Shown piece after piece: positions 34,160 through 44,294 of a stretch of DNA of 64,000 nt. This DNA comes from Cyanobacteria bacterium P01_D01_bin.156 (GTDB lineage Bacteria; Cyanobacteriota; Cyanobacteriia; Phormidesmidales; Phormidesmidaceae). The stretch lies in assembly GCA_039024555.1 (NCBI GenBank), contig JBCCQQ010000002.1:128001-192000 (forward strand). The letters are read 5' to 3'. The notes below the pieces were generated by a model. It had not been told where the DNA came from. It did no database searches and was given only the letters and a program-made list of their open reading frames with translations. A program made the position numbers and the translations under genes. Each line of letters starts with the position of its first letter. Position 1 is the first letter of the stretch.

Positions 34160-34519
34160 CTAACAGGCTGTTGAAACCGCTACACCATAAGTTTCAACGG
34201 CATCCACACCATCTACGGTCATCGCCAGATTAACCACCTGATGCAGCAAATGGGGAGAAATAACCTGCCCAGTTAAAACCACCACACGACCACGCTGCCG
34301 AACCTTTAAACGTCTTAAGGCCAACTCATCAACATGGGTGCTCGCATTTAAGCAACGGCATACTCGTTTCGATAAACCGTAGTAGTCAAATTCGCCATGG
34401 AGTCCTCGACGCTCAGGGGGAATCGTGGAGAACCAATGCTGTTTACCTGGCTCCACATTCAACAGCCTGAATGGCTGAGACGCTTGATTTAGAGAAATCG
34501 CAATGGTTGAACCGTCCAT
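34160..34519 (-). CDS. BON-domain (phospholipid-binding) protein
   Basis: VRQRGRVVVLTGQV..AMTVDGVDAVET; start at ATG 34519 inferred. Confidence 0.7.
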   Translation of the reverse strand: MDGSTIAISLNQASQPFRLLNVEPGKQHWFSTIPPERRGLHGEFDYYGLSKRVCRCLNASTHVDELALRRLKVRQRGRVVVLTGQVISPHLLHQVVNLAMTVDGVDAVETYGVAVSTAC

Positions 34520-34723
34520 AACGCTATCTTTGCACCCCAATCGAACCGGGCATCCGCTAGCTTGCGCTAGCCTCACCTACCTACAAAACATCTCAAGGCA
34601 ATGTCAAAAAGTTCAAATTCATAACTTTTTTGCACTGTCCCGAATATATTTGTTAATTCTAAAAAGAATTTACGTGGGATTATGTATTTTCAGAAACTTT
34701 TTAACACAATTTACTCCTGCCAC

Positions 34724-35200
34724 TTACTGAACGAGTAGTACAACAGCGTAGGCAGCGATACCTTCTTCTCGCCCCGTGGGACCGAGTTTTTCATTAGTGG
34801 TTGCTTTAATCCCTACCTGATCAGCATCCAGGGTCAGACGAGCCGCAAGTTGCTGCTTCATCGTCTCAATGTGGGGCTTTAGCTTAGGGCGTTCGGCCAC
34901 GACCACCGAATCTATATTACCGATGGACCATCCCCGCTGCTTGACCAGTTGATAAACCTGGTCAAGCAGCTCCAAACTGTCGGCCCCCTTCCACTGGGGA
35001 TCCGTAGGTGGGAAATAACGCCCAATATCACCCAAACTCAGGGCTCCTAGCATGGCATCCATAATTGCATGGGTCAGCACATCAGCATCGCTATGCCCCA
35101 ATAGTCCTAGGGTATGGGGAATCGTAACTCCACCCAAAATCAAAGGACGTTCCGGCCCTAATCGATGAATGTCATAGCCGTTGCCAATGCGGATATTCAT
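34724..35200 (-). CDS. ispF: 2-C-methyl-D-erythritol 2,4-cyclodiphosphate synthase
   Basis: [29 protein letters not shown]. Confidence 0.98.
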   Translation of the reverse strand: MNIRIGNGYDIHRLGPERPLILGGVTIPHTLGLLGHSDADVLTHAIMDAMLGALSLGDIGRYFPPTDPQWKGADSLELLDQVYQLVKQRGWSIGNIDSVVVAERPKLKPHIETMKQQLAARLTLDADQVGIKATTNEKLGPTGREEGIAAYAVVLLVQ

Positions 35201-35222
35201 AGCTTTTTAGAAAATTTTGAAG

Positions 35223-35372
35223 TCAGAGGTCGGAAGTCGAAAACAAAGCTTAGGCTGGCCAGCGTTACTTTTATTGTCTTGTAAGCGCTCAGAATTCCGA
35301 ACGCCAACTTCCGCACTCCCTAGATTGTCTCATTTCCGCAAGTACTCAGAATTCCAACTTCCGCACTCCGAA
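35223..35372. repeat. STRR-like short heptamer repeats between trmD and ispF
   Basis: CTCAGAATTCC(GAACGCC)AACTTCCGCACTCC at 35288 and 35345; related inverted GAGGTCGGAAGTCG near 35226. Confidence 0.6.
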
Positions 35373-35374
35373 TC

Positions 35375-36070
35375 TTACATCTCGTCCCGCTGTTGCCAGC
35401 GCTCATACAGATCTAGACGGCGCTCACGGGTACGGTCGACTTGTTGCTGCCGCCGCCATTGAGCAATGGCAGCATGATTACCGGAACGGAGAACATCCGG
35501 CACAGGACACCCTCGAAATTCTGCAGGGCGGGTGTAGTGGGGATAATCTAGCAATCCAGCTTCAAAGCTGTCGTAGTATAGAGAATCTCGCTTGGCCACA
35601 GTTCCTGGTAATAGACGAATCACACCATTTAAGAGGGCTAGGGCAGGAATTTCGCCACAGGTTAAGACAAAATCTCCCAGGGAAACTTCTCGAGTGACAA
35701 AATCGAGAACGCGTTCGTCAACACCTTCGTAATGACCACAAATAATTACCAGCTGGTCTAAATTTTTAGACCACTCCCATAAAAGAGGCTGATTCATGGG
35801 TTCTCCTTGGGGAGTCATCAATGCCACTTGCCGACGAGGGTGCTGGGGCAAACTTTCTAGAGCCGAGACAATGGGCTCTATTTTCATGACCATGCCTACG
35901 CCACCACCGTAGGGTTCGTCATCGACCTTGTGGTGTTTGTCAGTGGTAAATTCTCTAGGATTCGTAATATGAACCTGGGCAATCTGACGCTGCAACGCTT
36001 TACCAATTAAGCCGGACTGTAGGGGTGAGGTAAAAAAGTCAGGAAATAAGCTGATTAGATCAAACCGCAT
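35375..36070 (-). CDS. trmD: tRNA (guanine-N1)-methyltransferase
   Basis: VDDEPYGGGVGMV; CGHYEGVDER; SLGDFVL; YPHYTRP. Confidence 0.98.
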   Translation of the reverse strand: MRFDLISLFPDFFTSPLQSGLIGKALQRQIAQVHITNPREFTTDKHHKVDDEPYGGGVGMVMKIEPIVSALESLPQHPRRQVALMTPQGEPMNQPLLWEWSKNLDQLVIICGHYEGVDERVLDFVTREVSLGDFVLTCGEIPALALLNGVIRLLPGTVAKRDSLYYDSFEAGLLDYPHYTRPAEFRGCPVPDVLRSGNHAAIAQWRRQQQVDRTRERRLDLYERWQQRDEM

Positions 36071-37122
36071 TAGTCACTACCGTCCTGAACATCCTCAAAC
36101 CTAAGCAAGCGATTAAACAACTCAGCCTTAAGAGCCGTTTGATCTAGCGAGCGGGCCAATGCATAGGCCCATTCATACTGTTCTTTTGCCAGGGCTCGTT
36201 CACCAGTAGCTTCGTAAAACTCGCCTAAACGTTTATAGGTCAAGAGCCGTGCCCGAATATTATCTACGCTATCATCGCTGGTATTAAAGGTTAGAGCAAT
36301 GCGCTCATCCAAGTAACGACGTACCTGGGACCAATCGAGCTCCCCCATGTAAACGTCAATTAGACCGTCAATGGATTGTAGTTGCGCGGCCACATTTTCA
36401 CTTTCACGGGCATAGCTTAAGGCAACCAAATAAGGACCAATCGCTTTTTTCGGTTGGCCACTCGCCACATAAGCATCCCCTAGATTATTACCGGTGTTGG
36501 CACGCCCAGCGATGTTAGCTGAGCGAATTCGATAGTCTCCTGCCACTTCATAGTAGTCAATGGCAGCAGCATAATCACCTTGAGCGGCTGAGAGTAAGCC
36601 TAAATTACTTAAAGAAAGGCCAATCCCTTCATTGCTGTTGATGCTGTAGGCAATGTTGAGGGCTTCTTCGTAGGCTTGGGTAGCTGATTCAACGGCCCCC
36701 TGCTGGAGTTGCAATGTGCCCAATGCGTTCCATGCAAATACTTGTGTATTAAAGTTTTGATTGTCTCTTGCGATCGCAAGCTGTCGGCGCACAGCCGTTT
36801 CAGCACCGCTAAAATCGCCTAGCTGTCCATAAGCACGACCGATATTGCCATAGGCCCGCTCCATAGATGCGGCATCACCAATATCGTAATAAAGATCCGC
36901 TGCTCGACCCCAAGCTTTGATCGCCGATGTATAGTCCCCTTCCGCGGACTGACGTTCTCCTAGACGCAACAGTTGGTCAGCCACATCTCGCCGCTGATTG
37001 ATCCCGGCACGGTCGACCGGTTGACGCAACTGCTGATCTAACGATTCCCGAGCATAGGCCCCTGGCATGCCTATTAATGCCAGTAATGCGAAACCACCCA
37101 AACACCAAACTATACTGCGCAC
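36070..37122 (-). CDS. Tetratricopeptide repeat protein with signal peptide
   Basis: N-terminal hydrophobic signal; repeats AYGNIG, AWNALG, SLSNLG, TGNNLG. Confidence 0.88.
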   Translation of the reverse strand: MRSIVWCLGGFALLALIGMPGAYARESLDQQLRQPVDRAGINQRRDVADQLLRLGERQSAEGDYTSAIKAWGRAADLYYDIGDAASMERAYGNIGRAYGQLGDFSGAETAVRRQLAIARDNQNFNTQVFAWNALGTLQLQQGAVESATQAYEEALNIAYSINSNEGIGLSLSNLGLLSAAQGDYAAAIDYYEVAGDYRIRSANIAGRANTGNNLGDAYVASGQPKKAIGPYLVALSYARESENVAAQLQSIDGLIDVYMGELDWSQVRRYLDERIALTFNTSDDSVDNIRARLLTYKRLGEFYEATGERALAKEQYEWAYALARSLDQTALKAELFNRLLRFEDVQDGSD

Positions 37123-37156
37123 TTGCCAGGCTCCTTTCTCTCAAAAATATGATGGC

Positions 37157-37864
37157 TCATGTTTCCGGAGCTAAATTGGGTTGTTCTAAATCAAGATCGG
37201 AAACATTTAGTAAATCCGCCAAATCTTCTGGCAGATTTTCCTCGGCACTGCCCCCAGTATCCCCAAAGTAAATTGTCTGAATATCACTAGGGAGACTGCT
37301 TTTCAAAGAAGTCTGAGCATCCGCGAGCACTGTCGCCACGGCCTTTGGAGATATATGCTGCCCCTCTGCTCGCAAGTACGCCGCGATACGGGTTTTACTC
37401 CAGCGAAATGTTTGTGCCATCACAATCACTAACCGCTGAAGAGGCTGCAATCGTTCCAAAGCTTGAGTCACATAACACCACAGTGGAGGAGGTGCATCTT
37501 GCAAACTGTAATGAATCTCTTCTACATCCGGCAGTGCAGCCTGATTGATACACACCGCTGTCAGATTGACTAGCCAAGCCTGGAGAGAAAACTCTTTTGG
37601 AGGGTTAGGCGGCAGATCTAAACCACTTAGCTCGTATAAAATATGCCGCCAAGTAAGCGCAAATAGATACTCTGACTGTACCGTTGACCGCGCTGAGTGC
37701 CGAATCAGCGTGTACACGACCGAACTATAGCGACAAAAAATAGCTGTAAAGTACTTGCCTTCTTGTGGGTGCTGTTTTAAGCGTCGCACCAGATCGTAAT
37801 CGCTGTATTCAAAGAGCGATGTAACAATGGCATGATCACATTCAGGAAAATTGGGAATATCCAC
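37157..37864 (-). CDS. Sigma-70-like (ECF-like) conserved protein
   Basis: Region 2-like FTAIFCRYS..LFALTW..WLVNL and region 4-like ALERLQPLQRLVIVM..WSKTRIAAYL; GTG start inferred. Confidence 0.65.
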   Translation of the reverse strand: MDIPNFPECDHAIVTSLFEYSDYDLVRRLKQHPQEGKYFTAIFCRYSSVVYTLIRHSARSTVQSEYLFALTWRHILYELSGLDLPPNPPKEFSLQAWLVNLTAVCINQAALPDVEEIHYSLQDAPPPLWCYVTQALERLQPLQRLVIVMAQTFRWSKTRIAAYLRAEGQHISPKAVATVLADAQTSLKSSLPSDIQTIYFGDTGGSAEENLPEDLADLLNVSDLDLEQPNLAPET

Positions 37865-38209
37865 AGCAGTGCGAACCGAGCTCCTGACAATTTCGATACA
37901 GCAGACTAGACTAACCAGACTGAGGCTACCGTACAAATAGCCATTACTATACCCAGGATTGGTGGAATCTTAAAGATTCCCCAGAAAATCCTCAGCTAAT
38001 ATCTACCAAATCCATGCCGTGGCATCTTATCAAAGAGAACAGGTACTCCATCGAGCGAGAAAATCTCGGATAGCCAGTGAGTAGTCGATGGTGACTCGGA
38101 AAAGCTATAGGTGTGGCCATTACTAACAGTCAGCCGGTTTTACGCTTGATACACTAGAAGTATCCCAAGCCTCCATGTTATACAGACAGCCTATCGATCC
38201 AGATTCTCT

Positions 38210-38785
38210 ATGGATTTTTGCCTTACTTTCTTTACCCCTGCCCTAGCCTCAATCTGGCAAAGCTTACCCCTGGATAGTCTAGTTTCTACCCAGGGGATTA
38301 TGGTTCTTCTCCTGGTTGCCTATGCAGGTGCCATGTGGATGTTTCTGACCAGTGCGCCCAAAGTGCATACGGTCATGGTGTCTGATATAGATATCGCCCA
38401 GCGTTTTTATGAAGGCATGTTGGGGCTTTCAGCCGCGGATGTACCACTACATTATTACTACAACTATGAGCAGACCATGGGAGCCAGTATGGACCCCATG
38501 ATGGGTATGGGCACTAGTTTGTCACGACCGATGGAGCCTGGCACAGGTGACGGTCTGTGGTACCAATTGAAAAAAAATACTCAGTTACACGTCATCGCAG
38601 GCGCTAGTCGAGGGCATAAAAATCGTCAACGCCACGTGTGCTTTGACCGCGACTGTTTAGAGCTGCTGCTGCTGCAGGTCCAAACCAACGCAGTACGCCA
38701 TAAAATCCGCCGGGAAAGACCCCTCAACTTTTTAGTCAAGGACTACTCTGGCGAAGTCATTGAAATGGCGGAAGTTGCTGATTAG
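38210..38785 (+). CDS. VOC/glyoxalase-like protein with N-terminal TM
   Basis: VHTVMVSDIDIAQRFYEGMLGL; QLHVI; RHVCFD; VKDYSGEVIEM. Confidence 0.8.
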   Translation: MDFCLTFFTPALASIWQSLPLDSLVSTQGIMVLLLVAYAGAMWMFLTSAPKVHTVMVSDIDIAQRFYEGMLGLSAADVPLHYYYNYEQTMGASMDPMMGMGTSLSRPMEPGTGDGLWYQLKKNTQLHVIAGASRGHKNRQRHVCFDRDCLELLLLQVQTNAVRHKIRRERPLNFLVKDYSGEVIEMAEVAD

Positions 38786-38842
38786 GTTTGGGCATCGATA
38801 CTCAGACTATCCTGCAAAACAAGGTGTTTGATAGGCAATTCC

Positions 38843-39301
38843 ATGATCATCGATCTTTCTGCAATACCCGTGAGTCAAGGCACTGGCTATCCTGAACCAT
38901 TCCGTTCTGCTGTAGCTGGCCGCTCTCGCCAACGGTTGGGAAATGCAGCTGGTCTAACTAATTTTGGTGTTAACTTAACCACATTAGTTCCCGGTGCCCA
39001 GTCGGCCCTACGCCACTGGCATAGCCATCAAGATGAGTTTATTTATATGGTTTCGGGAGAATTGACGTTAGTCACTGATGAGGGCGAGACACGACTGACC
39101 TCTGGCATGATGGCGGGTTTTGCCGCAGGTGTTACCAATGGGCACCACCTGATTAATCGATCAGGGGAAAACGCGACGTATCTTGAAATTGGCGATCGCA
39201 CCCCTGGAGATCGCGCCGAATACCCTGACGATGACTTAATCGCGCTATCCAAACCTGAGGGAGGCTATGCATTTGTTCATCGCGATGGTGTGTCCTATTA
39301 A
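38843..39301 (+). CDS. Cupin domain protein
   Basis: GLTNFGVNL; RHWHSHQDEFIYMVSGE; NGHHLIN. Confidence 0.9.
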   Translation: MIIDLSAIPVSQGTGYPEPFRSAVAGRSRQRLGNAAGLTNFGVNLTTLVPGAQSALRHWHSHQDEFIYMVSGELTLVTDEGETRLTSGMMAGFAAGVTNGHHLINRSGENATYLEIGDRTPGDRAEYPDDDLIALSKPEGGYAFVHRDGVSY

Positions 39302-39420
39302 GAATTTGGTGCCCACGGCGCTTAATCACCATGGCTAAAACCTTCAAATAGCCCGAGCTCATTGCGCAGCAAAGCACACAGATCGCATTATTCCCTAAAT
39401 CAGCAACGGCAGAATTTCCC

Positions 39421-40125
39421 ATGGCATCACATCATTTTGGAGCAGCTGCTTTGGCTAAAACTCTGTGCTACGTCGCTCCGCTAATTCTGGCTGTAGTCAG
39501 TTGCCAAGCCACCCCAACACCAGACATAGCTGTCGAACCGCCCCCCGAAACATCGAATAATGCCACGGCTCCACCACCGCCGCCTGCGAATTCATATCTG
39601 GCTCAGCTATCACCTGAGGTGACTAATCAACTGAGAGCGTTAGACATTGAGATTGTTATTCCCACCTATCTGCCTGCTAACACCAAGCTCGCCACCTACG
39701 GTGTGGAAGCGGCCGCTGAGCCACTTTACTATTGGCTGGTTTATCGTGACGAGCAAAATCGTTGTTTTGCCATTGAATATGCTGCCACAGCAATCAACAG
39801 CATCTCCCTAGACAACAAAGAACCTATCAGTAGCAGTCTCTTTGGCGACGACTATCACCTTTATCATGGCAAACGTTCCAATGGTGGTGGTGGCGAATTA
39901 TTGATCAGCGATCTTTTAACCGATTGGATAAAGAGCAGGGATGGATTTTATAGGTTGGTGGGTGCAGGGATGGTAACTGGTCAAAGCTATGGGCCTAAAA
40001 ACTGCACTAACGTCACGGTGCAAGAGGCCATTGCGATCGCTGAGTCTCTCAGTTATTTACCTGAGGATATTCGCACGTTGGATGCTATACCCGCCCAACC
40101 CAACCCAGGTATCGAAATCCCCTAA
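39421..40125 (+). CDS. Putative lipoprotein, hypothetical
   Basis: Lipobox-like LAVVSC followed by Pro-rich linker; IVIPTYLP. Confidence 0.7.
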   Translation: MASHHFGAAALAKTLCYVAPLILAVVSCQATPTPDIAVEPPPETSNNATAPPPPPANSYLAQLSPEVTNQLRALDIEIVIPTYLPANTKLATYGVEAAAEPLYYWLVYRDEQNRCFAIEYAATAINSISLDNKEPISSSLFGDDYHLYHGKRSNGGGGELLISDLLTDWIKSRDGFYRLVGAGMVTGQSYGPKNCTNVTVQEAIAIAESLSYLPEDIRTLDAIPAQPNPGIEIP

Positions 40126-40169
40126 CAACAGCTAAATATAACTGTCTGACATCCTTACTTTTGAGACAG

Positions 40170-40197
40170 CAAAGGCTCGCTGTTTAGCGAGCCTTTG
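40170..40197. terminator. Hairpin between convergent genes
   Basis: CAAAGGCTCGCT-gttt-AGCGAGCCTTTG. Confidence 0.75.
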
Positions 40198-40246
40198 TCA
40201 AACGAGCGAATAGAGGATAATCTAGCTATCCATCACTTGCGAGCAT

Positions 40247-40780
40247 CTAAGCTTTGCTAGTTGCAGACGTATCCTTAGCATCCTTAGAGTCAGCAACAGT
40301 CTTAGTATCGGTGGCCACCTTCTCAGCGGCAGGCTTAGAAGATGGCGCAGTGGCTTTAGCTTGTTCAGCAGGAGCCGCCGCCGCTTTTGAAACGGCAACT
40401 TTTTTAGAGTTAGCTTTGGGAGCAGGACGTTCTAGCGTCTCTAACCCCAACTGCTCACGGGCTTTATCCAACAAGAAATTAGCACTGTTTTGACTGACAT
40501 CAAGGATGGCTTTACCCGTCGCTGCCGCCGTTTCATTACCATCAGCTGATGCGGTTTGCTGTTTTTCCCACCACGTTCGAGCCGTTTTTCCAGTGTTGAT
40601 GGAAAAATCCCCAAACCACGCTGCAAAGACAAATACGGAACAAATTAATAACCAGGCCAACAACGCCACTTCTTTAAATATTTGGCCGGTCAAAACCAAA
40701 ACATTTCTATAGGCGTCTGCTGTCTTGGGAGAAAAAAGTAACTGAGATACCACAGCAGCCTGAGCTTTAACGCGATCCAT
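40247..40780 (-). CDS. Hypothetical membrane protein with Ala/Lys-rich tail
   Basis: One TM helix, low-complexity C-terminus. Confidence 0.7.
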   Translation of the reverse strand: MDRVKAQAAVVSQLLFSPKTADAYRNVLVLTGQIFKEVALLAWLLICSVFVFAAWFGDFSINTGKTARTWWEKQQTASADGNETAAATGKAILDVSQNSANFLLDKAREQLGLETLERPAPKANSKKVAVSKAAAAPAEQAKATAPSSKPAAEKVATDTKTVADSKDAKDTSATSKA

Positions 40781-40852
40781 GGCTTCACCCCATCTAAAGT
40801 CTACAGATGCAAAAAAATTGATTAATTAAACGCTTAGAGTATACCCAACGGT

Positions 40853-41794
40853 TTAACTACCCCAAACTTTTTGCAACACATCTGCCGGGCTCAGATCCCC
40901 TAACTTAGCGGTGGCAGACTGCACGGCTAACGCACGAACCTCTCCATCACTGGGAGGTAGAGCTGTACTCAGACTCGTTTTCAAAACTAAGGTAAAGACT
41001 TGTAATGCTACGGCAACCTGACTGAGATAGCTATCGGGACTAATCACCAAGTCTGCCCCAGCTAAAACTGCTGCCATTTGGCCTAAGTTCTTCGCTGTAA
41101 TACTTTTTAGGCTACGCTGACGGCTTATCACTGCCAGCGCATCTTTGCTATCCGCCGTTTCCAACAAAACAATCGGTAATTGAGGCTGCTTGCTTTGAAA
41201 ATCATCGATAATCGTTAGCCAGCTTTCTACCGGATAGCTATCTGCCTCACTATTGAGACCGGGATACATCACAACGTAGCCACTACCTGCTAGTCCCAGC
41301 GCCTTACGCTGTTCGTCAGCCCAGCTTAGATCGCCCTCGGGCACATTTAACTGGATAGGTTCAAGGGAGGAGTCCTGAGCTAATCCCGTCAACAGCGCCT
41401 GGTATTGACCTTCTGGGTATTGGGCATCAGTGGTCACAGTGGTGGTGTACAACCAGGGGACTTGAGTACTGCTGTAGCCAATACGAGTAGGAATACCACT
41501 GAGCCATAACAAGACCCCTGCTTCCCAGCGATCGCTGGCACATAAAGCAAGTTCAAACTCGCGATCGCGGATAATACCTAATAAGTTGGCCCAGTCTGCC
41601 GGACTATTCTGGCCACGATAATCAAAGGGAATAACCTCCCCAACCGCGCTAGAAACCCGATAGGCCGACTTAGCTCCAGGTTCGACCACTACCGCAATGT
41701 CTGCGTTTGGATAAGTCTTTTGGATCGTTGTTAAGGTTGGGAAAAACTGAAGCTGATCGCTGATTCCACCAGGGACTAAAGCCAGGACGTGCAT
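40853..41794 (-). CDS. Glycosyltransferase family 9 protein
   Basis: PGGISDQLQFFPTL; GIPTRIGY; ADLVISPDS. Confidence 0.85.
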   Translation of the reverse strand: MHVLALVPGGISDQLQFFPTLTTIQKTYPNADIAVVVEPGAKSAYRVSSAVGEVIPFDYRGQNSPADWANLLGIIRDREFELALCASDRWEAGVLLWLSGIPTRIGYSSTQVPWLYTTTVTTDAQYPEGQYQALLTGLAQDSSLEPIQLNVPEGDLSWADEQRKALGLAGSGYVVMYPGLNSEADSYPVESWLTIIDDFQSKQPQLPIVLLETADSKDALAVISRQRSLKSITAKNLGQMAAVLAGADLVISPDSYLSQVAVALQVFTLVLKTSLSTALPPSDGEVRALAVQSATAKLGDLSPADVLQKVWGS

Positions 41795-41916
41795 GGGGTC
41801 TGGATAATACTTCGCTACTCATTCTAGAGGAAGCTGGCGATGCTAATGCTTCAGAAACAGGACTAAACCCTGAAAAAATAGAAAAGAAGATCTATAAACC
41901 TATTTAGCAGAACACC

Positions 41917-42597
41917 ATGCACCTACTTATACCGGCAGCAGGTGTGGGCAAACGAATGGGAGCTAATGGGAACAAGCTATTGTTACCATTGCTCGACTTG
42001 CCCATCCTCGGCTGGACATTGAAAGCAGCAATCTCAGCCCAAAGCATTGAGTGGATTGGTGTCATTTGTCAGGCTATCGATGAACCGGCTTTTGAAGCCA
42101 TTGTGACCCAGCTAAACCCGGCAAAACCCATCGTATTTATACGGGGAGGAGATACCCGCCAAGAATCCGTATTTAATGGATTGAACGCATTACCCACAGG
42201 AGCGCAGCAGGTGCTGATCCATGACGGGGCTCGCTGTTTGGCAACACCAATGCTATTTGATCGTTGTTCAGCCGCCTTTCAACAGTGCCAGGGATTTATC
42301 GCAGCGATCCCGGTAAAAGACACCATCAAACAGGTCAATCAGAATAAAATTATTACGGCCACACCTGAACGCGCTCACCTCTGGGCTGCTCAAACCCCCC
42401 AAGGCTTTAATGTGAACCTACTAAAAGCATCTCATCAAAAAGGATTAGCCCAGGGCTGGTCAGTTACCGACGATGCTGCCCTATTTGAGAAATGCGGCTT
42501 TGATGTACAAATTGTGGAAGGTGAAGAAACCAACCTTAAGGTGACTACACCCGTGGATCTTGCGATCGCAGAATTTATCCTGCGCCAAAGAGATTAA
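41917..42597 (+). CDS. ispD: 2-C-methyl-D-erythritol 4-phosphate cytidylyltransferase
   Basis: IPAAGVGKRMG; GGDTRQESV; IHDGARC; AAQTPQGF; NLKVTTP. Confidence 0.97.
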   Translation: MHLLIPAAGVGKRMGANGNKLLLPLLDLPILGWTLKAAISAQSIEWIGVICQAIDEPAFEAIVTQLNPAKPIVFIRGGDTRQESVFNGLNALPTGAQQVLIHDGARCLATPMLFDRCSAAFQQCQGFIAAIPVKDTIKQVNQNKIITATPERAHLWAAQTPQGFNVNLLKASHQKGLAQGWSVTDDAALFEKCGFDVQIVEGEETNLKVTTPVDLAIAEFILRQRD

Positions 42598-42653
42598 ACT
42601 CTGAAGTCCCAGTCTTTAAAGGATTCGGGCCATTAGTAACTTAGGCCATACCT

Positions 42654-42720
42654 AGACTCCCGGCTTTTGAAAAAGGTTCAAGTTATTCAAAGTTTGAACA
42701 CACCTAAAAACCGGGAGTCT
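42654..42720. terminator. Inverted repeat between convergent ispD and psb30
   Basis: AGACTCCCGG...CCGGGAGTCT with internal GTTCAA/TTGAAC stem. Confidence 0.6.
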
Positions 42721-42724
42721 GGAA

Positions 42725-42868
42725 TTAAAGATCGCCGCCCCGCGCCACCAGCAAAAACACAATAGCTGGACCTGAAATGACCACCATCGCCAACACCGTC
42801 AGCTGAGCAATCACCAAGAAATTAATATTGCTCAAAAAATCTAGACCCAAGATACCTAGAACAGCCAT
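42725..42868 (-). CDS. psb30: Photosystem II protein Psb30 (Ycf12), missed by ORF track
   Basis: MAVLGILGLDFLSNINFLVIAQLTVLAMVVISGPAIVFLLVARGGDL*; GGAGG RBS. Confidence 0.93.
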   Translation of the reverse strand: MAVLGILGLDFLSNINFLVIAQLTVLAMVVISGPAIVFLLVARGGDL

Positions 42869-42945
42869 TGAACCTCCGATGACCAGATAACCGTAACTTC
42901 TGCGCCCAAGCGCACGGTTATTTTACCTGGTTCGCTCCCACCAAG

Positions 42946-42963
42946 TTTAAAGAAGTTTACAAA
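42946..42963 (+). promoter_or_regulatory. Possible HLR1 (RpaB) direct repeat upstream of psb30
   Basis: TTTAAAGA-AG-TTTACAAA. Confidence 0.35.
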
Positions 42964-43065
42964 ATTCCAAGATTTTTCTTCATATCAGTGTCCTTTTTCT
43001 CATTCCCACCAGCCCCCATAGACTCGTATCCTGAGAAAGGATTATCTAGACGAAGGACAGCCTCC

Positions 43066-43422
43066 ATGGCCACTTGGCAGTGCGTAAAAAACTGTGGTGC
43101 TTGCTGCAACCTGACCCCAGCAGACCGGCCTGAATTAGCCAGCTATCTTACTCCTGAGCAGTTGGCAACTTACATGGGAATGGTGGGGCCAGACGGTTGG
43201 TGCATCAACTACGATCATGACCAACGGCTATGCAGGGTCTATGACCAGCGCCCCAGCTTTTGTCGTGTGCAACCCGATACATTTGAGGAAATGTTTAACA
43301 TTCCGATGGAAGACCTCAATGACTTTGCCATCGACTGCTGCCATGAACAGATTAGCGGCGTCTATGGTCCTAAAAGCGAAGAGTTGGAGAGATTTAGAAA
43401 CGCAGTTGGCCTAGAAGAGTAA
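43066..43422 (+). CDS. YkgJ-family cysteine cluster protein
   Basis: WQCVKNCGACC; GWCINYD..LCRVYDQRPSFCRV; ATG at 43066. Confidence 0.9.
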   Translation: MATWQCVKNCGACCNLTPADRPELASYLTPEQLATYMGMVGPDGWCINYDHDQRLCRVYDQRPSFCRVQPDTFEEMFNIPMEDLNDFAIDCCHEQISGVYGPKSEELERFRNAVGLEE

Positions 43423-43535
43423 GCTGCTTTTCATCAAAAGTTCGCCGTCCTAAGCAGTAGGCACTCCCCATTTCAAACTACCCTAGAGCTTGCTCTTGCC
43501 ATTCTTCTAGAAGATAATGAAAGAAATATGAAATT

Positions 43536-43898
43536 TTGCCTGTGACATCTCCTTCTCCCACGGGACCGACTACAGATGGCAATGTTGCATCCCAACCAGG
43601 GGTTCACTCGCCAAGCTCCACATTTTGGGGTGTCTTTTTGTCGACCTTTATCACTATTTTTTTAGCCGAGCTGGGAGATAAGACCCAAGTAGCTACACTG
43701 CTCATTAGTGCAGAATCCCACAAACCCATCATGGTCTTCGTTGGTGCAGCTCTGGCACTCATTTCGACAAGCTTAGTCGGGGTACTCCTGGGCCAATGGT
43801 TAGCCCGACGTATTTCTCCTGAAGCATTGGACACCCTTGCTGGCATTTTATTGCTGATTATTTCCGTCAGCCTAGTTGCTGACGTAATTGGTTCTTAG
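43536..43898 (+). CDS. TMEM165/GDT1 (UPF0016) half-transporter
   Basis: FLAELGDKTQ motif; three TM helices. Confidence 0.92.
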   Translation: MPVTSPSPTGPTTDGNVASQPGVHSPSSTFWGVFLSTFITIFLAELGDKTQVATLLISAESHKPIMVFVGAALALISTSLVGVLLGQWLARRISPEALDTLAGILLLIISVSLVADVIGS

Positions 43899-43933
43899 GC
43901 CATCCAAATAGTTCTTAAGGAGATACCGTAACC

Positions 43934-44224
43934 ATGCCATTTGACTGGAACTTAATTGGAGTCAGCTTTATAACCGTCTTTCTTTCAGAATTGGGGGATA
44001 AGAGCCAGCTGGCGGCTATTGCCCTTAGTGGTAGCTCTACTTCCCCTAAGGCGGTCTTTATAGGCACGGCTAGCGCCCTAGTACTCGCAAGTTTCTTGGG
44101 AGTACTGGTGGGAGAAGGCACAGCACAACTTCTACCCACCCAAGTCGTTAAAGGAACAGCCGCTATTGGCTTCGCACTGATGGCAATCCGCTTACTTTGG
44201 CCTGATACAGCAGTGAATGATTAG
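43934..44224 (+). CDS. TMEM165/GDT1 (UPF0016) half-transporter
   Basis: FLSELGDKSQ motif; three TM helices. Confidence 0.92.
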   Translation: MPFDWNLIGVSFITVFLSELGDKSQLAAIALSGSSTSPKAVFIGTASALVLASFLGVLVGEGTAQLLPTQVVKGTAAIGFALMAIRLLWPDTAVND

Positions 44225-44294
44225 ATTGAGACCTTAGTGAACTGATGATTACATCATTAGGGCGCTTATCTAAAGCATCCTTCTCCAGCGCACG

